Assembly (NCBI RefSeq): GCF_964355755.1
Contig: NC_092677.1
Span: 5,292,101 to 5,356,100, forward strand
Source: Antedon mediterranea
Taxonomy: Eukaryota; Animalia; Echinodermata
Reading direction: 5' to 3'
DNA: 64,000 nucleotides
The notes below the pieces were generated by a model. The model searched no databases, was not told the DNA's origin, and was given only the letters and a program-made list of their open reading frames with translations. Made by a program: the position numbers and the translations under genes. Below are positions 12,501 to 22,316 of this stretch, piece by piece; within the stretch, counting starts at the first letter, position 1, and every line of letters starts with the position of its first letter.

Positions 12501-14434
12501 TTTTGTATTGCATAAAAAGATTATTAAAGTTTATTTTAAAAATTCACATTAAAAATTGATTCTAACTCTTGAGTACAATGCTTTAATGAAATGTATCTGC
12601 TTAAAAAAAGGGGATACAATTACAAATCTCAGTATTATTTTAAAGCACTAATTAATTATAAAATTACCATGACTATTTTTGCACTGTTGCATTGTTTAAT
12701 ATTTACTGTACAGCTATCATAATCTAGTACCAATTGTAACAAATAATGGAAAGGTGATTCTAATGTGTGGTAAAAAAGATAATAACAACACAAAAGAGAG
12801 GAAGATGATAAGGCTGAAATCTGATGATAATGGAGAGAATTGGATTGAAGCATGTAATGTAGAAAACTCTCCAGGCGATATTCTAAGTAAGTTATTTTTA
12901 AATATTAAAGCTGAGATTAATGCACTTTTCAGGGTTGGATCCATGATTTATTTTGTTTTATATATGGTTTTATGTGTCTTTTATCGGTTTTTATGTGAAA
13001 TCTTTTGCCAACAACTTTTTATTTTTCAGGCCTAGGTCATGGTGTATGTTTAGATTCAGGGAAATTAGTTATTGCAGGAGTTGAAAATCTGGACAATAAC
13101 GAGAGTAAGAAAAGTAACACAATTAATAAACTTTTGTAAAATTATGGATGTGCTTAATATTAATATTCAAACAATAATAAAAAAATGATTTATCTTTTGT
13201 AAGTTCAACATACTGTAATTTAACATAACATCACTAATTGTATTGTGTATCATTAAAAATAAATATAACAGTGACATTGTTTTTTTTTGTGGAATTTGAA
13301 GAATTGTGTTTGTGTTGTTTTTGCAGGAAAACTATTTGTAATGACCAGTACTGATGATGGTGACACTTGGAGTATTGTATATGCTGAAGAGAACACTGGT
13401 ATGCATCTCATAAGTCTATATTTAAAGAAACATTGATTTTTCTTCCTTTCTAAACACCTTACAGATTTTATCTGACAAATGTTATTTTTAGAAAATTGTA
13501 AGAAAAGTATGAATTGTGCAAATAATTCAGCAAATCTTTTGTTTGTGTAGAAAATCTTTGGAGTACTGATAACCTTAACAGTTGGGAACTTCTAAATACT
13601 GTTAAACCACATGATGCTACCTTAGGAGAACACATACAAGTAAGATTAAAGAAGCTTTTCATAAAGAGACACTCTAGTAGTTTAATAGTATCTCTATGGT
13701 TTAGTTTGAGAATGGATTATTTTTGTCAAACACGAACTTTAGTTTACTGCTTTAAGTGCCATTTTGGCATAATATCTCATTTGTTCATTAGGTTGTTGAA
13801 TATGCAAATGACCAAGTTTACATCAGCTGTTCTTTGGAGAACAGTAATCAACGTTTGACTGCATACAGCAATGATGGATGTGAAACATTTGAAATTGATA
13901 ATGAATTATTGGAGGCAAATCCAGAATGTCAGGTAATCTACATGCAAGTCTTGTATATCTAATGTATTGTCAACTGTCTAGTCTCATCTATTGTGGTACT
14001 GAGTGTTGTCGTTGCTATGGTGTGAGAACGTATAATTGTTGTGTCCAATCAAATGACAAAGATCTACGTAACTGTAAAAAACTGCTTTGTCTCATATTAA
14101 TATAATTAAAATGTTATTTAAATTGTATTATATCAAGGGTGGTATTGTACGTTTACCAACCAAGACAGATGAGTATTACCAAATAGCAATGGCAAGTCAT
14201 GGAAATGAAACAAAGAAGGATCTTACACTTTACTTAAGTGAAGATGGTTGTAAAACCTGGTGTCAGTTTAACACACTAGGTGCAGTGAATGCAAGAGAAT
14301 CTGACCTAGCTTACTACAGTGTAAAAGAAGGGAAAAAAGAAGCAGAAGGAATAGTGTGTGTTTACAGTTATGGTTCAGATACAGAGGGGTATAAGATTGG
14401 AATGCAGTTAAATTCTAACAAAGAAATTATGTAA
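282..14434 (+). CDS. Gene A1 (5' end outside window): TM, Cys-string/split Ig, 4 Ig domains, sialidase-like (GH33) domain
   Basis: Phase-compatible GT-AG exons: 282-368 (TM, YAIILIILFVGLLTWFLLLV), 715-975, 1203-1242, 1405-1576, 1960-2044, 3965-3983, 4634-4650, 4926-5057, 9218-9529, 9847-10164, 10763-11209, 11358-11672, 12116-12158, 12323-12472, 12714-12886, 13030-13104, 13327-13398, 13551-13639, 13792-13932, 14138-14434 (stop). Ig DxGxYxC motifs and Asp-boxes are present. The exons are conserved in A2 and, up to the window end, in A3. Confidence 0.8.
3051..3508 (+). mobile_element. Penelope-like retroelement 3' fragment inserted in a (TA)n tract
   Basis: Encodes KWKIIKKCKPYSNINKRCNLCIYEKYVIICQPELCSLNRKNELVSTCRHRKKFLL, resembling the C-terminus of a PLE GIY-YIG domain. 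It is followed by a hammerhead, flanked by TA repeats and absent from A2. Confidence 0.75.
3410..3465 (+). ncRNA. Type I hammerhead ribozyme
   Basis: tcac-CTGAAGA-gtgcggccagc/tacat/gctggtcgtac-GAAA-caaatttg-TA-gtga: conserved core, stem II, palindromic stem III and stem I. Confidence 0.8.
3509..3549. repeat. (TA)n microsatellite
   Basis: Seen directly; the corresponding tract in A2 is at about 34203-34236. Confidence 0.95.
5252..8299 (-). CDS. CR1 ORF2: APE endonuclease plus reverse transcriptase, uninterrupted
   Basis: 1015-aa ORF with YTNA, GDFN, LDLV, SDH, NYRPVSLTS, QHGF, YLDFSKAFDS, GVPQGSVLGPLLF, FADD and the CR1 C-terminal RTRGH motif. Confidence 0.95.
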   Translation of the reverse strand: MIVFEALVHHHKEFSNIESFCFEENYFNLERKVKQKFIRKKKCSEDKKKFKTFIEGLKQKKSSLRNDDIVDFHEKSLKFLYTNADALRNKIGELRDIINQRKPDVVAITEVNNKTCTDILEVELSIKGYTKFDSGRSGRGVVIFAKEELNASICNELLNLNFVEALWIKIEINKRQQLLCGCIYRSPNSIDEKNQALLSAINKASELNGISDFIMLGDFNFPEIDWISWSTNKNETHKSNRFIECLRDNFLCQCIQQPTRFRDGQTPNILDLVITMDETKISEIEIGPPLGKSDHVTILFSYDCVTKIQEKMEYKLNFNKGDYIKMKELITEVDYQFENTNVEEACEALNKSIRNAVQICIPKSNIKKENKPIWMTGDVQRKIKMKQNAWKKFTRSRQQKDYDSYKKARNIVTGEKRAAKIALERKICNEVKTNPKSFWKYVREKTKTTQSIGLVKDGKGNMADDNQHKAEIFNAFFTSVFTNEDLESLPEVTPRVDVDDHLESIEVTKEEVLTCLQQMNSNKSAGPDDVHPRVLKELKEIVATPLTSIYNKSLSTGKLPECWKCANVVPIFKKGDKTEVGNYRPVSLTSVVCKLLESIVRDKIIQFLNDRNLIIKAQHGFRKGRSCVTQLLEVMEEWTKLLDAGENFDAVYLDFSKAFDSIPHQRLITKLEAYGIKGNLLRWIHQFLTARRQRVRVAAAFSEWSTVKSGVPQGSVLGPLLFIIFINDLPDAVKSKVWMFADDTKMFNVVYENRNDTVQNDLKALSDWSKRWQLKFNINKCKVIHYGNSNPQMQFTMPTEEGDEDLPNANTEKDLGVTFDQSLKFSLHTNEAVNKANRLIGLVRRSFAYMDKDMFLPLYKSIIRPHLEYASCIWYPLLKGDLDKLERVQRRATKIVKKLRDKSYDQRLKELGLPTLNYRRRRADIIQVFKIIKGLDDIEAETFFDFREDSRTRGHQFKLRKPRARLKIRSHSFSCRIVNTWNNLYHTTVQAENINAFKDQLNKDRAMGDKFCYQF
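8265..8936 (-). CDS. CR1 ORF1, C-terminal part (coiled coil plus RRM-like region)
   Basis: RKLNIVIENLPES, RLGK and IYINPDRSKKER are typical of invertebrate CR1/L2 ORF1. The apparent ATG lies in the junction microhomology, so the ORF is likely truncated. Confidence 0.85.
   Translation of the reverse strand: MENMNARLNIVEKTQKDQALRASLNNKNIEVIEKIQVDTRNNLIELKESYDLMDGKIKESVQEGIEEYRDRESRKLNIVIENLPESDNQSSQQRLKEDRVAIEKLFNECLEIEGVKITEVIRLGKYTEDGCRMARVSLDSLKSKREVMVNAKKLRSTDHAFLKNIYINPDRSKKERQMNYELRQELRSRKDNGEIDLVIRRGKIMKRDSEPAFDRFRGPSSSS
9028..9178. mobile_element. Harbinger/Tourist-like MITE
   Basis: Imperfect TIRs GCTCTGTTTACACTATCAAACT / AGTTTGATAGTGTAGACAAAGC with TTA on both sides. The left half is deleted in the A2 copy. 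Confidence 0.65.
10921..11064 (+). repeat. 24-bp coding tandem repeat (QSPDPTSV-like x6) inside an Ig exon of A1
   Basis: Seen directly in ORF 10738..11274. Confidence 0.9.
12116..14434 (+). CDS. Sialidase/neuraminidase-like beta-propeller domain of A1 (8 exons), probably catalytically dead
   Basis: YRHP (the Y/FRIP motif), IMRRG...IEW, LGHGVCLDSGKLV, Asp-boxes SDDNGENW, STDDGDTW, SNDGCETF and SEDGCKTW, LLEANPECQGGIV, ESDL and CVY occur in the same order as in NEU2/3/4. Confidence 0.85.
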
Positions 14435-15636
14435 AAAAAAAGAAAATGTCTTTATGCAGTAAATATCATCTACACTATTTATTGTCTTTTTTTTAGATTT
14501 AACAATGTTGTCTTATTTATACAGATAATAATGGATTTGATTGTTTTTGTAGGAAATCTGTATTAATGCTGTATAACAATATAATAGGTTTTAGTGTGAA
14601 ATGGTAATTTGTTTTATGAGTATAAGTCGTTGTTATCTTTTATGTATTTCCACCTAGCTTAATGGCATAACCAAACGTTGCTACCTACTTTAAAATAGTA
14701 TTAAAGATTGACATTTTTTTAAATAGTTAGATTTCAGAATATATAGTATGTAATTTGCATGGTAATGCCAGCAACAGCGGTAAAATTAAAATTAAATTAG
14801 GCCTGTTTAACTTTATTAATAACACGTTCAAGCTAATTTCTATCATTATTGTTATCATCTAGCATTTGTAATTGTGAATACAGTACTAAAATGTAAATAC
14901 TCAATAATTAAGTTTTTAATATTACAATAACAAGAACAATGACGTGATTATTACATGATTGTGTATCTTTTCAATAGAGTATCGTACGATAAAATTTAAC
15001 ACATTTTCGGTGTAAACGTCTGCAATAATAAAGTATTTTCCTTTTTAAAACGTTAATTAAGCATTATAGAATGTGGTTATCGGTGATTTTTTGTTGTTGA
15101 AAATACTGCAATCGCCAAATGAAATGGTTAGTATACTGCTGTTGACCTAAAAATACCGTGAAGTTGTCCTTACTGATGTGTGGTGGTCGTAATACTCAAT
15201 CCACCAATTTAATCTATTAACTGTACATATTTTTGTGAACTTTTGCATTGATTGATTGATATGATACCACAATCGTGTGCTATCGTTTACAATATAAAGC
15301 TCTATAGGTACCGATATTACTGACTTTAATACTACCATGTAGGCGCTAATGGCTGATCTAATCTAAACTTCCTCTCCAGTTGGCGCGCAATTTCAACTGC
15401 CCCTAACATCCCGTGAAATATAATATCTAATGTACAGAGTAGGCTGTTTCTACCGCAAAACTATTAAAAAGGTTTTTGTTTAATATTTTTTTTTTTAAAC
15501 GAGCAATCAGCACCGCTTACTTTGAGTAACAAGCAAATGTTAAAATGTAAAAATACCATGGGAAAGTATTTCATTTTTAAATTCTCTAGAACTCATGCTA
15601 CTTAATTTACTTTAAACTTGGTGATCATGAATATAG

Positions 15637-18600
15637 TTAGTCATAAAACTGTTTACAGTAATAAGGTTCTTCAACCTTTCCTTTTTGTGACGTACTACTA
15701 ATTACAGCATCATTAGGTTCTGCATAAACTTCCAAATAACTTGCAGAAATAAGACCTTCGTACTCGGGATTTCGGCGTTCCATTTTAATTTCTCCTCTTT
15801 CCTAAAGAAGCAAAACAAATATTGGTATTAACCTCATTGAGTGTGAGCGAATATTTATTACTGTATTTAAGTTAGATTAAAAATCAATTATTGTTTGTCT
15901 TGGATGACGGTCCCATAAATGGTGTCACAGTGTGTAAATTTTAAATAGTTTTACCTCTACTTTGTCAATGCATTCTGTTTTCGACATAGGCTTGACATAT
16001 CCCTCGTCATCTAGGCATTCTGTTTTCGACATAGGCTTGACATATCCCTCGTCATCTAGGCATTCTGTTTTCGACATAGGCTTGACATATCCCTCGTCAT
16101 CTAGGCATTCTGTTTTCGACGTAGGCTTGACATATCCCTCGTCATCTAGGCATTCCGTTTTCGACATAGGCTTGACATATCCCTCGTCATCTAGGCATTC
16201 TGTTTTCGACATAGGCTTGACATATCCCTCGTCATCTAGGCATTCCGTTTTCGACATAGGCTTGACATATCCCTCGTCATCTAGGCATTCTGTTTTTGAC
16301 ATAGGCTTGACATATCCCTCGTCATCTAGGCATTCTGTTTCCGACATAGGCTTGACATATCCTTCGTCATCTAAGCATTCTCTTTTCGACATAGGCTTGA
16401 CATATCCCTCGCCATCTATGTTTACATCTAAGCTTGTCGAAATTTGCAAACATTGATTCTTAGGATTTTTATGTTCCATTTCTGTTACTTCTCTCTGTAA
16501 AACAGCCAATATATAATTTAGGTTGTGAGTTTTCATCATACAATTTTGATGTTAAATCTTGTCACTTATTGACACATTTTCGGTATGCTCTTCTGGAAAT
16601 AGATTGTAGCTAAACTAAATTTAAACATGACTGATCATTTTTAAAGTCAGACATAGTTAATGAATCAGAACTTAAATATAAAACTATTATCTTTAACTTG
16701 TTATGTCACAGTTTTGTATCTACAGAAATGTTTGTTTTATTACCGACTGGTAACCAATTGTTACTTTAGTAGGTGACGTAGGCTTGACATATCCCTCGTT
16801 ATCTGTGTCGACATCAGAGGTTGCTGACACTTGGTTCTTAAGATTTTGATACTCCAATTGTATTACTTCTCTCTGTAAAACATACAATAGATTATTTTGG
16901 GAAGTTTTCGTGATAAGTTCAAAAAACATTTATTTATTCAACAATGGCATTATACAGTATAATATAATTATAGGTGTGTACATAAATGAAAACATAGTAA
17001 TAAGCCATCATTTGGGGTCTTCTCTAGAAGAAAACAAGTGTCTTGTCTCGAGAAAGACCCCAGAAACAATACACATACATTTAATGTATCACTTATCTAT
17101 CTGTTTAAAAATCTTGAGGTACCGGTACGCTCTGCTGGAAATATAACTAAAAGGTAGGATTTGAGTATTAAACTATGAATTGGTAAGACACAGTCTCTAA
17201 ACTACAGAAGTGTTTTCTACTACCAAAACTTATAAACAATTGTTACTTTATTAGAAGTTGGCTTGACATATCCTTCGTCATCATAGCTAGTCGAAATTTG
17301 CAGACTACTAATTACAGCATCATTAGGTTCGTCATAAACTTCCAAATAACTTGCAGAAATAAGACCTTCGTACTCGGGACTTCGGCGTTCCATTTTAATT
17401 TCTCCTCTTTCCTAAAAGAGCAATACAAATATATTTATTATCATCATTGAGTGTGAGAAAATAATTTGTAAATTTTTCTGTTGAGTGAAAGTCTGTGGCT
17501 TTTTAGAAAATGTAATATATAATATTTCGTACGCCGGTGGCAAATAGCTGAGAGTGGAATGTACCCCAGATGTTCTTTTCGCTAAACCACAGGTACTAAC
17601 AGTAAAAAAATTTAAAGAGCCATTAAAATTACACCTCTTTTCTGAGGCATATGAAATTAATGAATAAAAGAAATCGGATTCTCAATCAGCTACAGTATGT
17701 GGTTGCTAGGAGCACTTGTAGTGGATATGTGCGCTATATAAATTATTATTGTTATCGTTATTATTACAGTCGATCGAATCAACTTCGCCATACTTTTTCT
17801 ATGTCTGATTTTTATGGTATAAAGTAGCAATTACAATGTAAAGTAAGAGGTACTTTAATTGTCAAATATGTACCGCACTGATACTTCCAACACGCTTGGT
17901 GGTCCTCGCGCTTCGTTGCTATGTTTTTGTCTGTCATCACTAGTCCTTTGTACTTAAAATGTTGCAATTCTATTTCTATTACTTCTCGACTTCCGATGGT
18001 GAACTGGTGTCGCAATGTAAAATGTATATTTTAAATTACCTCAACTTTTGCGATACATTCTGCTTCAGACATAGGCTTGGCATATCCCTCGTCATCTATA
18101 TTTACATCAGAGTTTGTCGAAATTTGCAGACATTGGTTCTGGGGAATTGGAAGTGCCATTCGTGTTACTTCTCTCTGTAAAACATGCAATAAATCATTAA
18201 TTATGTTTTGTATATTTTGTGTTGAATTTTGACAGCCAACTGGTAACTTGTCAATGAATAATAATTATGTTAAACTCCATTCTGTATCATTTTGAATCAG
18301 TTCGCATTTGTCGTAATGGGAAAATAACTGCTTTTGAGTGTCAAGTCCGACCATAAAGTTGAAATTTAGTTGAGTTTTAGTATTAAACAATATTTACCTG
18401 TATTCTTGTTCTAGGCCTTGCTTTATTTGTCGTCCTGGTATCACCGGCGTCCACGGTATGCTCTTTGTTTATCTCTTTGTAATCTCCAACATTTGAAGGA
18501 AATTTCAATGTTTGATATTGAGGATTTTGATAATCAAAATGGATTTCTTTTATTTGTCTTACCTTAAAGAAACAATACTGATAACAGTAGATATAATATC

Positions 18601-21600
18601 TATTAAAATTACATTTTAGGCCTACCTTTCTTTTTTAGTTAACCACTTTCGTTTTATATTGTATTAATATATTAATAAGTTTTAGTAAAAGTCAATATTT
18701 TATATTGATTTAAAAGTACTTACAAAAATATAACGGGTTATTAGAAACGTCGGGACGGAGCAAATAATTGAAGTTAGAGCTACAGTTATGACCACAGTTA
18801 TCAAAGCATAACCTAAAAATGCAATGTAAATGTTGAACAGAACATAGGCCTAGTACTTAGTATAATTAATTATGGTTATAATATATTGGAAATCTCACTT
18901 TAGTAACAGAGGCACACTTTGTTGATAAAGGTGCGTTCAAATGATAAGTTAAATGAATGAAAATAAATGCAAACATGTGTATAATACAGCAGGCATACAA
19001 AAATAAAATTAATAACTTAAAATGAATAAAATGAATCAAAAAATGAAACTGTAATAACCTAATCCAAAATGTATACAAAAAAACCAATAAAGAACATTGA
19101 ATGCAGATAATTTGAAATATTTTTTCTTTTTAGTCAACTTTACCTGTATTGCAGTTCTCTAGTGATGTTGTTTCATTAAATATTTCGTTCTGTACATAAC
19201 ATGTACAATTTGATTGATATATCTCATCATTGATTTCTATAGTTTCTGAATAGTTTTCTTTCTTAGTCACTTCTCCATTTTGCAATATCAATAGGCCTAC
19301 TGATGATGTTTTTGGGTATCCCTCTACTGTAAATGTTGCAAGTCCATCTTCAGTTTTTAATGTTACAATGATATCTAAACAAAACAGAAGCTAAAAACGT
19401 AACTATTAAACTACTATTAAAACACTGCTTGGTTTAAACTAAAACACTCACTAACTGGTTTAATACTCTTTAACAATGTTGAATCAATGTAGGTATAACA
19501 CATAATGTAGGCCTAGCATAATAATCAATTACGCAACAGCAGTTGAACATATTTTGAACTTTCTGTCATTTTTTCTAAAAAAAATAATTATTAACTGAAA
19601 AACTTTTAAAACATGTTTACATTTTTTCTACCTTAACTTGTTCTACTGTTAAGTTTTTTGTTTTACATTTTGTTACGTCGATTAAGCTTTTTTTTAGCGG
19701 TTGATTGTTACGTTTACATACAATAATATGCTCAACTGTATTTATTTTCAATACTGGTCTAAAGTGGTGAATGATTAACAAGTTGAAATGTAATCATTCA
19801 GACACTAACACATATTACTTGGTAAATACAGTATGGTGACATACCTTTCAAATTTTCTGTAGGCCCATCTGTAGGCATATCTGCTTTGGGCCTACAGTTC
19901 TCAAGTGATGTAGAGGCATTCAGTTTTTCATTCTCTGCATAACATGTAAGATTTGATGAACATATCTCATCATTAATTTCTATAGTTGCTGTATTTTCTC
20001 CTTTCTTAACCACTTCTCCATCTTGTAATATCAATACTGATGATGGCTTGGGATGGCCCTCTGCTGTACAGGTTGCAAAACAATCTTCATGATTGAATGT
20101 TGCGATCATATCTAATGAGGGAAGATAAAGCTTAAAGCTTAAGAAAATGAATATTCTTTTGGAATCGATATAGGCCTAACAGCAAGAAAATTAAGCTTGT
20201 TATTACAGATTCAGTTCATCACACCTTTATTTAGTTATGAATATATCTGGGCCCTTACAGAAAAGGACCCACCACAGGACTCTAAATGAAAGAAAAAGAA
20301 ACGAAAGAAAGAAAACTTTTAATAAACAAAGCAAATTCAAAAAGTTATTTTTAATTATGGGACCCTTTCTAGAAGTACAGTACAATATATGGTAAATGAT
20401 GAACAAGAAAACTATTTATAAACAAAGCAAATTCTAAAGGTAAATGAAACATTCAGTAGGTGGGGGAGTAGGGGCAGAAAAAATAATAAGGATATTCAAA
20501 ATTTAAGTATTCAGAATATATATAGAAAGTTTATTTTTACAAGAAAACAAAACAAAGGAAAACAAAACAGTGATATTTTTTCTAATTCAACTTATCAAAA
20601 TTACTACCGTATATTACATAAAAACTATATTTTTGATCGGCTCATATCATTAATAGTAGGCTATCATTAGATACAAACAAATGTACCACAACATATATTT
20701 TCTACGTACAAAATATTTCCAAATGTTTTCCGGCACTAATTTTAGCATCAAGTCCCTTAAAAGGATCACTTTCTGCTTTACATGTGTATATACCACTGTC
20801 TTCCATAGTGGCTGCTTCAATCTTAAGGGCATTGCCGTTGGTATTCATCTTCTGTCCATCTTTATACCAAGTAATGTAAGGAATAGGATCACCATCAGGT
20901 TTACTACAAGTAAATGTGACTGTTTCACCTTCATAAGCAGTGCTTGCTGAGGCATTAAGACGTGGTTGATCCAAGTCTGAGAAAAACAACGAAAATAATG
21001 GTATAAAAATTTACAAATGTAAGAATGAAAGACATTTATAGAGTAGACCTAGTATTAATGAGGCATTAAGACGTGGCTGATCCAAGTCTGAGAAAAAGTA
21101 TAAAACAAATTAGACAGCAGACAAATAAAGATGTAGTCAACACAAATTACAACAAAAAGAAGTGTATATAGTACTATGCCTATTGATACTCAAGAAAATG
21201 TAACTCTAATTCCGGAGTTATACTATTGGCGTGACGTGGGAACATTTACAATTATAGGCCTACTATTTAGTAAAAAAATTATTAAGGATGTCGGTTTATG
21301 ATAGCTTTTTTTTCAGGCTACATCATGATTATCTGGTATACTCACAATTTACAGTTAGCATAGATGGACTTAATAATGTAATCATTCCAGTTGCTGTTTG
21401 TATCTGGCATCTAAATATTCTTTGAGAATCATATCTCAAGGGCTGTAAGATCACCAGACTAGCTTCACCAGGAGCAGTGTGTAACAACCGGAAACGTCCA
21501 TTTTCCATCTTTTTATCATTCACAATTCCTGGGTAGATCGTTACTTCATCTTCATTTAGTTCATCCCATTGTAGTGAAGTAGGAGTAGAAGTAAATTGTG

Positions 21601-21989
21601 AATAATCACAAGTTATCACCACTTCAGCATCTCCTTCTTTGGCTGTCTGGTTAAAGGTCGTTTGACCATGTGCTTTAAAATATCAAGCATATCCTATTGT
21701 TTATATTTAACCAATGATAATTCAAAATTTAACTGTCTCAACCTAAAAATATATATATTCTACGAAGTCATGCAAACAAGTAAAAGAATAAAACTGCTCT
21801 CAATCAGCATCAGCTGTTTTTAGTTTTACGCGTTCGTAATCTGGTTATTGAAAAATAGTTTAATATTAACTGACTGACTAAAAAGTGTATGGTCGTTTAG
21901 TTGTTGATTATCATATTTAATTATATTTTAATTATCTTACCGACTAAAGATTGTATATATACAATAAATAAAATTCGCTTCAAACCCAT
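15637..21989 (-). CDS. Gene B1: type I Ig receptor (SP, IgV, 3 Ig, TM) with an ITAM/ITIM/YxxP-rich tail
   Basis: Exons 5'->3': 21989-21941 (MGLKRILFIVYIQSLVG), 21672-21346 (V), 20976-20710, 20111-19845, 19374-19144, 18812-18724 (TM), 18562-18398 (ITAM), 18174-18040, 17411-17247, 16872-16765, 16494-15955, 15801-15637 (stop). All are GT-AG and in frame. Confidence 0.82.
15967..16416 (-). repeat. 45-bp coding tandem repeat, DDEGYVKPMSKTECL x10
   Basis: Seen in ORF 15925..16539; lies within a phase-0 exon of B1. Confidence 0.95.
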
Positions 21990-22169
21990 CTGAAAAAAAA
22001 AAATAGAGAAAAAAACTTTTTATTAATATTGGTTTACAGCATGGAGGAAATCTATGTTATTTCGTCCATGAATATATAAAGTTTATATTATCTATAATGA
22101 AATCCTCATCGTAAATAATCGTTAACAACTAACAAACTAGAACAGAAGGATAGTATATTTCAAAAGAAT

Positions 22170-22316
22170 AAAAGCTATTATACATTCACGCTTGTTTCGT
22201 TTCACGGAACCGGAGACGGTGCCGTTCAATTCTGTATATGATTTTCCATTGTTTTAATAACAATACGGCGCCGTGTTCCTTTCCCTGAAACGGAACAAGT
22301 GTGAATTTAGCTTTTT
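22170..22316. mobile_element. Palindromic MITE-like element
   Basis: Imperfect inverted repeat aaaagcta..attcacgcttgtttcgtttca / tgaaacggaacaagtgtgaatttagctttt. Confidence 0.5.

Noticed and set aside
12116-14434. Horizontal transfer of a bacterial sialidase
   Set aside because: The domain spans eight exons, has host-like composition and follows the motif order of animal NEU2/3/4; nothing visible favours HGT, though a phylogeny would be needed.
15967-16416. CRISPR-like regular repeats
   Set aside because: Head-to-tail units with no unique spacers, inside a eukaryotic exon.
15962-16456. Plus-strand repeat ORF (HSVFDIGLTYPSSSR)n, also at 43123-43437
   Set aside because: Antisense shadow of the 45-bp coding repeat; the splice sites and homologous single-copy exons support the minus strand.
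17812-18015. Additional 'REVIE' tail exon
   Set aside because: No good acceptor, and it is disrupted by an L2 insertion and a deletion in B2; probably a relic.
18866-19087. Hydrophobic ORF or possible stalk exon in B1
   Set aside because: AT-rich intron translation with no usable in-frame acceptor; the flanking exons already join in phase.
21346-21672. Calling these genes Siglecs, Alr or TCR/Ig orthologs
   Set aside because: Only architectural analogy. The Siglec F-strand Arg is not consistently present, and I saw no RSS or J-segment (FGxG) signatures.
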